A DNA stretch of 64,000 nucleotides from a virus (lineage: Duplodnaviria; Caudoviricetes). Positions 18,266 to 28,289 of this stretch are shown here, piece by piece. Positions within the stretch are counted from its first letter, which is position 1; the number at the start of each line of letters is the position of its first letter. The stretch lies in the IMG/VR virus record IMGVR_UViG_3300032167_000083, positions 24,662-88,661 of that record. The stretch is one strand, 5' to 3'. The notes under the pieces are model-generated. The model was not told the origin of the DNA, ran no database searches, and saw nothing but the letters and a program-made list of their open reading frames with translations. A program made the translations under genes and the position numbers.

Positions 18266-18362
18266 TTTCGTAGTAAAAATTGTATAATTTTTTCTATAAG
18301 TATGTACATTTACAACTGAATATTGTAAAAATAAAACTACTAAAAGAAATGGAGGGTATTAT

Positions 18363-20377
18363 ATGCCCAATAGATTATTTTATACAGCTAAGTTAAAGAG
18401 TAGTTTTATTATTGAGAATCACTGTGATATACATAAAAATTTCTATGAACTACTTATGGCAAATAATATAATTTCATTAGCTGATTCTCAAATGTTGAGA
18501 ACTATTCGACAATTAACAAATCATGAAATTGATTTGGAAAAATTGGAAGATTGGTATCGGGAACGAGATATTATTAAAAGACGAAAAAATTCTAAAGAAA
18601 ACAAAGAACGAATAAGACAATTACAAAATAATATTTATAACATGATGTTTATACCCGAATATATCACTGTGGTGATAGAAAAAGAAAAAGATTATGATTT
18701 ATTCTTTAAAAGAGGATTTAAATTTAATGGTGATAAATATACGAGATTGTCTTGCTCTGCTTCTCAGGCAAGAGTAAATACTGTTGTTTTTATAAAAGAT
18801 GAACTTAAACAACAAATGCAGGATATTCTTAATAATGGACGAAAGATGGATAAGCCGATGGCTCCAAGTAAATTTAATGCTTATTTTGGGTTGTATTCAT
18901 CTGCTACAAAACAAGTAACATATCCAAGATTTTGTATTATTCCAGATTATTGTGAGATGGATAGAGTTAAGGTTGATTTTGTAACTACTACAGATGATTT
19001 CTCTGATGATATTCTTGATGAAAGAACTATTGATGTGGAGTTTAATCGTTTTGATGGAAATGGATTAATTAGTCCTCAAATGGCTGAACAATGGAGTATA
19101 GATATTGGTATTTATAATCCTAATGCAGAAAATGAAGATGATAAAGGATATATTGCTTGTCAATTTTGTATTAGACAAAGTTTTACAAAAGGCATGTTAT
19201 GTACTTTTGATTTTCTTAAATTTTGTAAGGAAAAGAATAATGAAAATTATATTATTAAAGATGTTTATGGACATAATGTTGATTTAAGAGAGATTGATGT
19301 TATTCTTACTGAAGGACAAGTTAAAATGTTCGATCATTTTGGATATGAAAAAGATGGTGAATGGATTCCATCTCAAGAAGTCTTTGAAAATAATATTAAG
19401 AAAAATAATTTATTTTGGGGTGTGACTCGTTTTACACCTGAACAAGATGATAGAGTTCTTATTACCAATTATCAATTTTTACAAACCTTAAAAATGACAG
19501 ATGAAGATATAGAAGAATTATGTCAAGATACTGTTAATTATTTTAAGGGTGTTTGTTCTGGAGATTATAATTATGCGTTATTGTTTATGCTTGGAGATAG
19601 TATGAATGAGAGAAAGATGCAGAATTATATGAAATCCAGTGATAATTATTGGTTAAAAAGTTTAATATGCAATCCTAATTTATTCAATGATAAATATACA
19701 AAGCAAAAGATTAAAGATTGTATTGAAAGAAGAATAGAACAGGCTTGTATAGGAAAAATTTTGGTTGAAGGAAATTTTCAGGTTCTTATTCCAGACAGTT
19801 ATGCTTTTATGGAGTGGTGTTGTTATAGAGATCCAATGAAAGTAAAAGGTTTATTAAAAGCAGGACAATGCTATAGTAAATTTTGGAAAGACAAAGATAA
19901 ACATAAAATTTTATCACAAAGGTCTCCATTAACTCATTTTAGTGAATGTCATTTAATGGATGTAGTTTGGAATGATGATATTGATGAATGGTTTAAATAT
20001 AGTTATACTGGATTTTATACAAATATACATGATGAAAGTGTTATGCTTTGGTCTGGTGCAGATTTTGACTATGATATTTGTGCGAGTACATCTAATCCAG
20101 TAATGATTAGATGTGTTTATAAAAACCAGAAACCAGTAACATATGATGTTCCTAAACCAAAGAAAATGTTATTTACAGAAACAGATTTATATAATTTTGA
20201 TAAAAAAAGTTTTGGTTCTTTAATAGGTCCTCTTACGAATCATGGAACAAGTATTATATCTTTAATTTCATATTATAGAGATAGATATAATAAATATCAT
20301 GATGAACTTGATTTAAGAAAGTTAAGATTATTAGAAGATAGATTAAAGATGGTATGTGCAGGTCAGTCAAGACAGAT
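18363..20377 (+). CDS. yonO: YonO-like single-subunit (two-barrel) RNA polymerase, exon 1
   Basis: SASQAR, K..AY.GL..S, FDGNGLI, QFCIR..FTKG, QRSP, GADFDYD, IGPLTN motifs; SPbeta-like position upstream of HU and terminase. Confidence 0.85.
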
Positions 20378-21698
20378 GAAATATTGTCTGCGTATATGGT
20401 AACATATATGAAAAATTAGTGGTGAACCTATAAATATAGGGTGTATAATTTACGGTAAGGAATCGTAGGAAATGACGATTAGAAATTATGCTAACAGGGG
20501 ATTCTAAGGATTTTTATTAATCTATGAAAATCCTGTGGTAAGCTATTTTTTGGTGGTTGTAAAAATTAAAAAGGAGGTGAAAAAGGGTAAAATGAAAGAA
20601 GGATATAGACCTCATAATTTTATTGATAGAACGAATATGAGATTTGGAAAATTAGTATGTCAAGAATATTTAGGACAAGGAAAATGGAAATGTTTGTGTG
20701 ATTGTGGAAACACACATATTGTAAAAGGTGATGATTTACCTGTGAATAGTAAAAAAAGAGGAGTTAAGTCTTGTGGGTGTGGGCATTTAAGTAAAACTTG
20801 TCCTGATATTAATTATTTTAAAAACATTAATACTTCTGAAAAAGCATACATACTTGGATTATTAGCATCTGATGGAAATATTTATAATTATAATAATAGT
20901 TATTATGCTACGATTAGATTAAAATATACAGATGTAGATATCTTAGAAAAAGTAAAAAAAACTATGAATATAACTTCAAAAATCACATATCAAGAAGAAA
21001 ATGTTGTTTTCCCACAAGGTAATCAAGGTATTGCTAAGATGTGTTGTTTAAGGATTTATGGAAAAGAAATTATTAATGATTTAATTTCGTATGGTTTAGT
21101 TCCAAATAAAACATTACATTTGAAAGTTGATTATAAAAAAATACCAAAAGAATTCGTAAGAGATTATTTAAGAGGATTATGGGATGGAGATGGAACTTTT
21201 GGTTTTTATGAACGACAAAATAATTCTCATACATATGAAGTTCATTATATTGGCTCTTCTGAAATAGTTAATGATATTAAAGATATTATCTTAGAAAATT
21301 TTCCACATTACAAAATTGATACTTGGCATGCTAAAGAATGTAATGAAAATATTTTTAGATTAGGGTTATCTCGTAGAGATGATTGTATAGAATTTTTAAA
21401 TTTTTTATACAAAGATGCTAATATATATTTAGATAGAAAATATCAGAAGTATATTGATTGTATAGATTTAGTTAAATCTATTCCTTTTAAAAAATCACCA
21501 TGTAGAAATTAGAAACTTAATCGACTATCCCAAATGGAGGTGGAATTCCTCAATAGGAGTAGGGGAGAGGTGAAAATCCTTTCTGGGTGAAACCCCCTTA
21601 AATCGAAGTGCCACAATCCTAATTATTTAGGATTAAGATATAGTCAAAACCGACTCATATGAGTGTTAAAGTACTATGAAAATAGCGGTATGTAAATG
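20378..21698 (+). mobile_element. group I self-splicing intron
   Basis: 5' exon ends in U, intron ends in G; core elements GCTAACAGGG..AATCCTGTGGTAAGC, CGACTAT and GATATAGTC (P7); splicing restores Q-I-D-K-T-K-I-G in frame. Confidence 0.88.
20592..21512 (+). CDS. intron-encoded LAGLIDADG homing endonuclease with a Cys-rich N-terminal module
   Basis: AYILGLLASDG and YLRGLWDGDG; N-terminal RFGKLV..WKCLCDCGN..KSCGC. Confidence 0.88.
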   Translation: MKEGYRPHNFIDRTNMRFGKLVCQEYLGQGKWKCLCDCGNTHIVKGDDLPVNSKKRGVKSCGCGHLSKTCPDINYFKNINTSEKAYILGLLASDGNIYNYNNSYYATIRLKYTDVDILEKVKKTMNITSKITYQEENVVFPQGNQGIAKMCCLRIYGKEIINDLISYGLVPNKTLHLKVDYKKIPKEFVRDYLRGLWDGDGTFGFYERQNNSHTYEVHYIGSSEIVNDIKDIILENFPHYKIDTWHAKECNENIFRLGLSRRDDCIEFLNFLYKDANIYLDRKYQKYIDCIDLVKSIPFKKSPCRN

Positions 21699-22572
21699 AG
21701 ATAAAACAAAAATTGGACAAGAAGTAAAAGCAATAGCTAAAATATGGAAAACATTTCGTCCAATAAAAGAGACTGACACAGAACAAGAAAGAGAAGAAAA
21801 AGAGTTTTATAATTCTATTCTTTCAGATAGAAAACCATACTTTTTTAAGTATTTATATAAAGATTGTAAAACAACCTATAATACAGCTTATAAAAGTTTT
21901 GATAAAGAGTCTCGTAGGAGATATGGAATAACATTAAAAGAATTAATGAATATAGAAAATATAACAGAGGAACAAGAGAAATTAATTAATCATTTTATTT
22001 CAGAAACAAGACTTATTATGTCTGACTGTGAAATGAATAGATTATGTAAACATATAGAAAATGCTAATTTTGAAATTAAATTAAATATAAGAGATGATTC
22101 TAAATTTGATTATATGTATTTTTTTGATGAAAATATTGAATGGAAACAAGAAACATATGAGAAAATTTTTGAATTAATGAAAATGTTTAGTTTAAGTAAA
22201 AAATCTAATAAACTTGCTAATTCTTTAAGAGAAAATCAGAAAATAGGAGTCAAATCTGATAACGAAGTAACTAATGGTAAGAAGCTTGAAATAGAAGTAA
22301 TGAGAAACAGATTGCTTGAAGAAGGGACTTCAGATAGTCGTGAGTTATGTAATTATCTTTTGAAGATTTTTTATGAAGATAAGAGAAGTTGGGATAAAGG
22401 ATTGTTGTGGAAATTAGTTGGAGATATTTTATATGAACGTTGTTTTAATAAAAGTAATGGAAATATAAGAGTTCCTGTTTTAGATAATGATGGAGATATT
22501 ATTTTTTATAATGATAAATTTAGTGTAAGAGATGTGAATATAAATAAAGATGAGGAAGTGAACCCATGCTAA
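21699..22572 (+). CDS. yonO: YonO-like RNA polymerase, exon 2 (spliced product 962 aa)
   Basis: Same frame as track ORF 21946..22572; (I)DKTKIG...RKPYFFKYLY. Confidence 0.85.
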
Positions 22573-23585
22573 GAATTTTTGATACTCCAAAATACATCGA
22601 AGATAATATAAAGTATGGGTTCAGAGACCCTAATACTTGGAGATCTGATGCTGCATTATTTGTAAGATGGAAACATGCGTTAGAGCCAGATCTTAAAAAA
22701 AGAGAAGTAAAAGAAATACTTATAAAGAAGTGTAAAAAGAGTGTACCAATGTATGTACATGATTTACAATATAACACAATCAATAGAATAATGGATAAGA
22801 ATTGGAATGAAGAGTTTGTTCCAATAAAAATAAAATCTATACAAATGACCCAAGGAGTTATAGATTGGTTTATTAATCAAAACTTAAAGAAAAATGAATT
22901 AAAGTTTTTATTTGCATTATATGTAGGTTATATTTTAAACAGATGTAGTAAACATGAATCTAAAATTAAATACATATATGATAATGGAACAGATAAGATG
23001 TTTTTAAGAAATAATACATCTATGCCAAAAAATTATTCAACATTTAGTATGTTTAATAGAATGGAAGAATTAGGGTATGTACAGATGTATAGAGAATGTT
23101 CGACATTATTATTTATTGCTGATCCTGAATTAAGTATTTTTTCAGAAATAAAAGATGATAAACCTAAAGAATACATATATAAGTTTTATTGTGGAAGTAG
23201 TAATCCTGAAGATATGAAATACACATTTACTACTGAAGATTTATATGATTTTGGAGATAAATTTTGGAAGATAACACAAGGTTTTATTACTTGCAAAAGA
23301 TGTGGGAAAGTTGTTGAAAAAGTGACTAATCGTAAATATTGTGAAGAATGTGCTAAAATTGAAAACGAACATTTTGTTCCAAAAGATAAACAAATAAAAA
23401 AAGTAATTTGTTGTGATTGTGGAAATGAATTTGAAACTTCTTCCAAAAATAATAAAAAGGAATACAGATGTCCAGATTGTTATAAAGTATATAGAAGAAA
23501 TAAAAAAACAGAAACCATGAGACAATTAAGAATTAAAGAAAAGCCTTTTGTGGTCAGCACTAATTCGGATTTTGAGAAAATGTAA
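22566..23585 (+). CDS. protein with C-terminal Cys4 zinc ribbons, possibly an RNAP-associated factor
   Basis: CKRC..CEEC..CCDC..CPDC; overlaps the RNAP stop codon. Confidence 0.7.
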   Translation: MLRIFDTPKYIEDNIKYGFRDPNTWRSDAALFVRWKHALEPDLKKREVKEILIKKCKKSVPMYVHDLQYNTINRIMDKNWNEEFVPIKIKSIQMTQGVIDWFINQNLKKNELKFLFALYVGYILNRCSKHESKIKYIYDNGTDKMFLRNNTSMPKNYSTFSMFNRMEELGYVQMYRECSTLLFIADPELSIFSEIKDDKPKEYIYKFYCGSSNPEDMKYTFTTEDLYDFGDKFWKITQGFITCKRCGKVVEKVTNRKYCEECAKIENEHFVPKDKQIKKVICCDCGNEFETSSKNNKKEYRCPDCYKVYRRNKKTETMRQLRIKEKPFVVSTNSDFEKM

Positions 23586-23794
23586 AATCACATTTTACCC
23601 AAGGATTATATAGGGAAAATCGATTTATGATTTATTTTTTAGGGAATTTATAAGTTATGAAAGGGAAAGAAAAGTATTTCTTTACTTATGTCGCATATGA
23701 GACATTAAACCATATGCATTGGAGAGGTGTCACTCCTATAAAACACGAAAAATATAATAAAAATTTTTAAAGGTTGAAAAGGAGACGAAAGATT

Positions 23795-24067
23795 ATGAAG
23801 AGAGATGAATTTGTATCTGCAGTAGCAGAAAGAGTTAAGTTTACAAAGAAGGATGTAGCCGAAGTACTTAGAGGTATTGAAGAAGAGGTTGAACATGTGG
23901 TAACAACTGAAGATTCATTTAAATTTAAGTTTGGTACAATTGGTGGTAAGACAAGAGAGGCAAGTGTTTGTAGAAATCCAAGAACAGGTGAAAAGATTGA
24001 TGTTCCTGAGAGACGTGGATATCCATATTTCAAACTTTCACAAACAATTAAGGATGCTTCAAAGTAA
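23795..24067 (+). CDS. hup: HU-family DNA-binding protein
   Basis: MKRDEFVSAVAE...FG...R.A...RNPRTGEKI.VP....P.FK. Confidence 0.92.
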   Translation: MKRDEFVSAVAERVKFTKKDVAEVLRGIEEEVEHVVTTEDSFKFKFGTIGGKTREASVCRNPRTGEKIDVPERRGYPYFKLSQTIKDASK

Positions 24068-24087
24068 TTAATGCATATTGAAAATTA

Positions 24088-24118
24088 GAGTGAGTCAGAG
24101 ATGGCTCACTCATTTTTT
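24088..24118 (+). terminator. intrinsic terminator
   Basis: GAGTGAGTCA-gaga-TGGCTCACTC + T-run. Confidence 0.8.
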
Positions 24119-24190
24119 AAATATATAAAACTCAGTTTTTATTAGGTAAAATGATATTAAAATTTCTTATGTATAAAATAAGAAAAATAG

Positions 24191-24219
24191 TTGATTTTTA
24201 ATAAAAAATATGTTATAAT
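24191..24219 (+). promoter_or_regulatory. sigmaA-like promoter
   Basis: TTGATT-17-TATAAT with TG. Confidence 0.6.
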
Positions 24220-24281
24220 AAGTGTAGTATAAAGTATTTTATACATAACAAATTTTAATAAATAAAAAAAGGATAAAAGGA

Positions 24282-25643
24282 TTGGTGAATAATATAATGA
24301 GTAATGATATGTTAAAAGATAAAAAAGAAAGTTTTTTAGAGTTTGCAAATAGAATTGTGACAGATGAAAACATTAAAGAATATGGTATTTTACATATATT
24401 TAAGAGTTTATTTGAGAATGATAATGTGTCATATGATAATGCTCAAAGACAACTATTAGGTATTAGAAAATTTTTAAATGAATATCGTAAAGATTTAATA
24501 GATAAAGAAATGGAACAATTAGATAAGTCTTTAGATTCAGTGAAAGATGTTGTTCAACAATTAGATATTTCAATTAATGCTGATGGTAGTCAGACGAGTA
24601 ATGCGTTATTACAATTAAGTGAAGAACAAATAAAAACTCCAAAATTGTTATTAGAAGCACATGGATATGATAATGATATGTGGGAATTAGTTAATTCTAA
24701 AAATTCCATGTGGCATCAAAATAGCAATAAAAATGGACTTAAAACATTATATTGCAGTAAAATTACAGTAAAACCACGAACGGAAATTTCTATAGAAAAA
24801 GTTCAGGAAATTTTTGAAAAAATGGATAGAGAATATCAAATTCCATTTTATGATAATGGTTTAGAATTTAGTAATAAAGATGAATGTATGGTTTTGAATT
24901 TCTTTGATGTCCATTTTTCTAAATTAGCTCATTCTTCAGAATCAGGGGAAAATTATGATTATAAAATAGCTAAAAAAAGAATTATGGATAGTATATATGA
25001 ATATAAGAATCGTTTTATAGGAAGGTCCTTTCATAATATTTATTTTGCTATAGGTCAAGATTATTTTAATTCAGAACCCACAGGAAATACTGTTGGAAAT
25101 ACAAAACAAGATAATGATAGTAGATATTCAGTAATGTTTGAGGAAGGTGTTAAAACATTAATTGATGTTATTGAAATTTTGAAAACAATGGGGATAAATA
25201 TAATAGTTCCATTAGTACAGGGAAATCATAGTACATATACTGAATACTACGCTGCACAATATTTAAAAGCATGGTATCGTAATGATACATATGTTACAAT
25301 TTGTGCAAGTCCATTACCAAGAAAATATTATACATTTGGAACGAATCTTTTTGGATTTACGCATAATAGTGAAGAAAAAAATAGAATATATACATTAATG
25401 CAAGTTGAAGCCGCTGAAGAGTGGGGGAAGACAGTAGAACATACTTGGTTTACAGGACATTTACATTGTGAGGATGTCAAAGAAGGTGGAGGTGTCTATA
25501 TTAGACAAGCTCCTACATTATGTGGGACAGATGCTTGGCATAAAAGATCTGGGTATGTTAATCCAATAAAAAGAACACAGGCTTTTGTTTATGATTATGA
25601 TTTAGGATTGGTAGAAAGCCATTATGTTCGAATAATAGAATGA
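24282..25643 (+). CDS. calcineurin-like metallophosphoesterase
   Basis: DVH, GQD, GNH, FTH, GHLH motifs. Confidence 0.85.
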   Translation: MVNNIMSNDMLKDKKESFLEFANRIVTDENIKEYGILHIFKSLFENDNVSYDNAQRQLLGIRKFLNEYRKDLIDKEMEQLDKSLDSVKDVVQQLDISINADGSQTSNALLQLSEEQIKTPKLLLEAHGYDNDMWELVNSKNSMWHQNSNKNGLKTLYCSKITVKPRTEISIEKVQEIFEKMDREYQIPFYDNGLEFSNKDECMVLNFFDVHFSKLAHSSESGENYDYKIAKKRIMDSIYEYKNRFIGRSFHNIYFAIGQDYFNSEPTGNTVGNTKQDNDSRYSVMFEEGVKTLIDVIEILKTMGINIIVPLVQGNHSTYTEYYAAQYLKAWYRNDTYVTICASPLPRKYYTFGTNLFGFTHNSEEKNRIYTLMQVEAAEEWGKTVEHTWFTGHLHCEDVKEGGGVYIRQAPTLCGTDAWHKRSGYVNPIKRTQAFVYDYDLGLVESHYVRIIE

Positions 25644-25644
25644 T

Positions 25645-25672
25645 AAAAGATGAGATTTCTCATCTTTTTCTT
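25645..25672 (+). terminator. intrinsic terminator
   Basis: AAAAGATGAG-attt-CTCATCTTTT + T-run. Confidence 0.65.
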
Positions 25673-25699
25673 TTTGTATAAAAAATAAGATAGAAAGGG

Positions 25700-26031
25700 A
25701 TGAGAATTGTGACAATATTAGAAAAAATATATTATATTCTCCAGAAAATATATTATGTGATTCGTATGATATAAAAATAGAAAAAGCAGATATTTTAAAA
25801 ATTCAAATATCAGGAGAAGGCTCTTGTGATATAAAAATTTATGGAAAGTTAAGTTCTCAGGGGACAGATGAGAAAATATGTGTAGTAAATGATGCAGATT
25901 ACAGTATAACGAATGAAATTACAAAATCAGGAATTTATACAATATCTTGTGAATGTTATTATTCGATAAAAATAGAAGTTATAAGTACAGATAATAATAT
26001 GTCTTGTCTTATAGTAAAGGGGGCATATTAA
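25700..26031 (+). pseudogene. frameshifted ~110-aa gene (break at A6 run 25722-25727)
   Basis: RBS and ATG/GTG start in one frame; ~100 open codons in the -1 frame ending in TAATG coupled to the next gene. Confidence 0.55.
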
Positions 26032-26372
26032 TGGTTGATTTTGTAGCAAGAGCATTAGCTCAACAAGCATTATCTGGGTCTGGAGAGTCTGGTAATTATG
26101 ATGATGTAAAATTAGAATTTGATGATAATAATAATTTGGTTGTCACTATAAATGGTAAAACTTTAAAATTTGCTTCAATTGAAGTAATAGACGAACCATA
26201 CTTGACAATAGATAACAATGGCACATATTTATCGATTGACAATAATAATACAAATTTAACTATTGAGGGAACTAAACAAGAAAATAAATCATATTTAACC
26301 ACAGATAATAATAATACATATTTAAGAACAGATAATGATAATACATATTTAATAGTTGAAGAAAATATATAA
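26031..26372 (+). CDS. hypothetical protein with YL(T/S)xDNNxT repeats
   Basis: Start MVDFVAR coupled via TAATG; internal ~9-aa repeats. Confidence 0.7.
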   Translation: MVDFVARALAQQALSGSGESGNYDDVKLEFDDNNNLVVTINGKTLKFASIEVIDEPYLTIDNNGTYLSIDNNNTNLTIEGTKQENKSYLTTDNNNTYLRTDNDNTYLIVEENI

Positions 26373-26389
26373 TTTTAGTAGGTGGTAAA

Positions 26390-26659
26390 ATGGCTAAAAA
26401 GAAAAAAGAAAAACAAAAGGGATTATTTAGTAAGTGTATTGTTGTGTTTTGTGTTATTGAAATGATGTTAATGCAAGCATGGGGAATGTGGATTGCTGAC
26501 AGCGATACATACAGTACTGATAGTTTAATAGTTGCTAATCACGCTGTTTTTGGAGGAGAATTATTAATGCTTTGTTTAAAAAGGCTATTAACAAAAGATG
26601 ACCCTAATAAAAATACTCAAGAAGAAGTTAAGAAAAATGATGAGATTATATATGGATGA
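26390..26659 (+). CDS. small membrane protein (lysis cassette?)
   Basis: Two hydrophobic segments; adjacent to the holin. Confidence 0.65.
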   Translation: MAKKKKEKQKGLFSKCIVVFCVIEMMLMQAWGMWIADSDTYSTDSLIVANHAVFGGELLMLCLKRLLTKDDPNKNTQEEVKKNDEIIYG

Positions 26660-26684
26660 TTTATAATAGAAAGGGTGAATTTTT

Positions 26685-27050
26685 ATGAATATAAATAAGG
26701 AAAAGATTATTGATGCAATAGTTGTGTTAGCTGTCTTAGTAAATACATTTTTGACAATGTTGGGGAAAAATCCAATTCCATATTCTGAAGAGGAAATATA
26801 TGTAGGGATTAGTTCAGTTGCTTCAGTTTTATCAACTCTCTACATATGGTGGAAGAATAATAAAGCACAAAATCAAGTAAAAGAGATTTCTGATGAAAAT
26901 AAACAGCTTTCATCAATAATAGCAAAGGATAAACAAATGATTGTAGAACAGTCTGAACAAATTGAAAAACTTGAACAATACGTTGAAAAATCTGACCTTC
27001 AAATTAAAAACCTTGAAAATAAAATTGTAGTTTTAGCGAAAGGCGAATAA
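26685..27050 (+). CDS. SPP1-family holin
   Basis: LVN..LTMLGKNPIP..EE.....WWKNN signature. Confidence 0.85.
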   Translation: MNINKEKIIDAIVVLAVLVNTFLTMLGKNPIPYSEEEIYVGISSVASVLSTLYIWWKNNKAQNQVKEISDENKQLSSIIAKDKQMIVEQSEQIEKLEQYVEKSDLQIKNLENKIVVLAKGE

Positions 27051-27053
27051 TCT

Positions 27054-28289
27054 ATGGCAACAAAACATAAAAATGATGTCAGAAAAGCAATAGGTCCTAC
27101 AACTCAGAAAATACAAGATTTGCATGCAAAAATTCGTGAAAATATAAAAGAAAATTTAATTTTTCCAACTGAAGAAGAGATACAGGCAAAAAAGACATGC
27201 AGTATGTGTAATAAATCTTTGCCAGATGAAGATTTTTGGAAAACTTATTCTTATGCACAATCAGGGAGGCTGTCTGAGTCTGGTAAAATTTTTTGTCCTG
27301 TATGTAGAAGTTGTGGACAAAAATTATTTGATTTTTATTATGAAGTAATTCATAAAAAAGATCTTATGAAAGCATTAGAACATACTTGCTGTGATTTAAA
27401 TATCTATTGGGATATTGAATTATTCAATGAATGCAAAAGAATATATGAAAACAATGAGAGAAAATTACATATATTATCCGAGTATATTGCTTCAGTAGGA
27501 AGAAAAGGATTTGCTTATATGGGAAAAACATATTGGGATAGTCCTAAAATTGTCAATAAAGGTAATGAAGGTTCAGATGGAGATTCTGAGGTTAAGACCG
27601 ACTATTATGGTTGGGATACTCCTATAGAATGGAGTAAAGAAGATGCTGAAAATAGAAGAAAGGTTTTGAGAGTCTATAGATACGATCCTTTTGAGGAAGA
27701 TGGAGATGATGATCGTAAGGCACTATATAGGGATTTAGTTGCTATGCTAGATGATGCCATGGAAGATGATTATGTAAAATCCAGAGGTGCATTAGAAGTT
27801 GTTAGAGGATTTAATAGACTTGAAAAATTAGGAAAACAGATTGCAGAATTAGAAAGAGATGACCCTGATAATATTGTTCAAATTCAAAAAATATCTGATA
27901 TAAAAACAAAAGAGCGTAATGCTATTAGTTCTTTTTGTAAAGATAATGGATTTGCTGCTTCTTATCAGATGAAAAAATCAAAAGGTGCAGGAACGTTATC
28001 AGGGGTACTTAATGAAATTAATGAAAAACAATATGAATCTGGTTTATTGAACATGTATGATGTTGAAACCAGTGAAAGTATTGGACAAGCTGCGAAAGCT
28101 TCCATGCAAGCAATATTTGATCAGTTGAATTTTGGTGCTAATGAATCTTATTTAGTAATTCAAAATCAACGTGATATGATAAGAAAATTAGATAATGATA
28201 ATAAAAGATTACAGGAAGAATTAAGAAAAGCCAATTGTAAGATTACAGAAATGAAACTCAAAAAAGAATCGAAAGAAGGTGCTTCTTAA
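27054..28289 (+). CDS. putative terminase small subunit-like protein with N-terminal Zn finger
   Basis: CSMC..CRSC; coupled directly upstream of the large terminase. Confidence 0.55.
   Translation: MATKHKNDVRKAIGPTTQKIQDLHAKIRENIKENLIFPTEEEIQAKKTCSMCNKSLPDEDFWKTYSYAQSGRLSESGKIFCPVCRSCGQKLFDFYYEVIHKKDLMKALEHTCCDLNIYWDIELFNECKRIYENNERKLHILSEYIASVGRKGFAYMGKTYWDSPKIVNKGNEGSDGDSEVKTDYYGWDTPIEWSKEDAENRRKVLRVYRYDPFEEDGDDDRKALYRDLVAMLDDAMEDDYVKSRGALEVVRGFNRLEKLGKQIAELERDDPDNIVQIQKISDIKTKERNAISSFCKDNGFAASYQMKKSKGAGTLSGVLNEINEKQYESGLLNMYDVETSESIGQAAKASMQAIFDQLNFGANESYLVIQNQRDMIRKLDNDNKRLQEELRKANCKITEMKLKKESKEGAS

Noticed and set aside
18363-20402. Track ORF 18363..20402 and ORF 21946..22572 as separate complete genes
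   Set aside because: They are better explained as two exons of one RNAP gene; the last codons (MKYCLRIW) are intron sequence.
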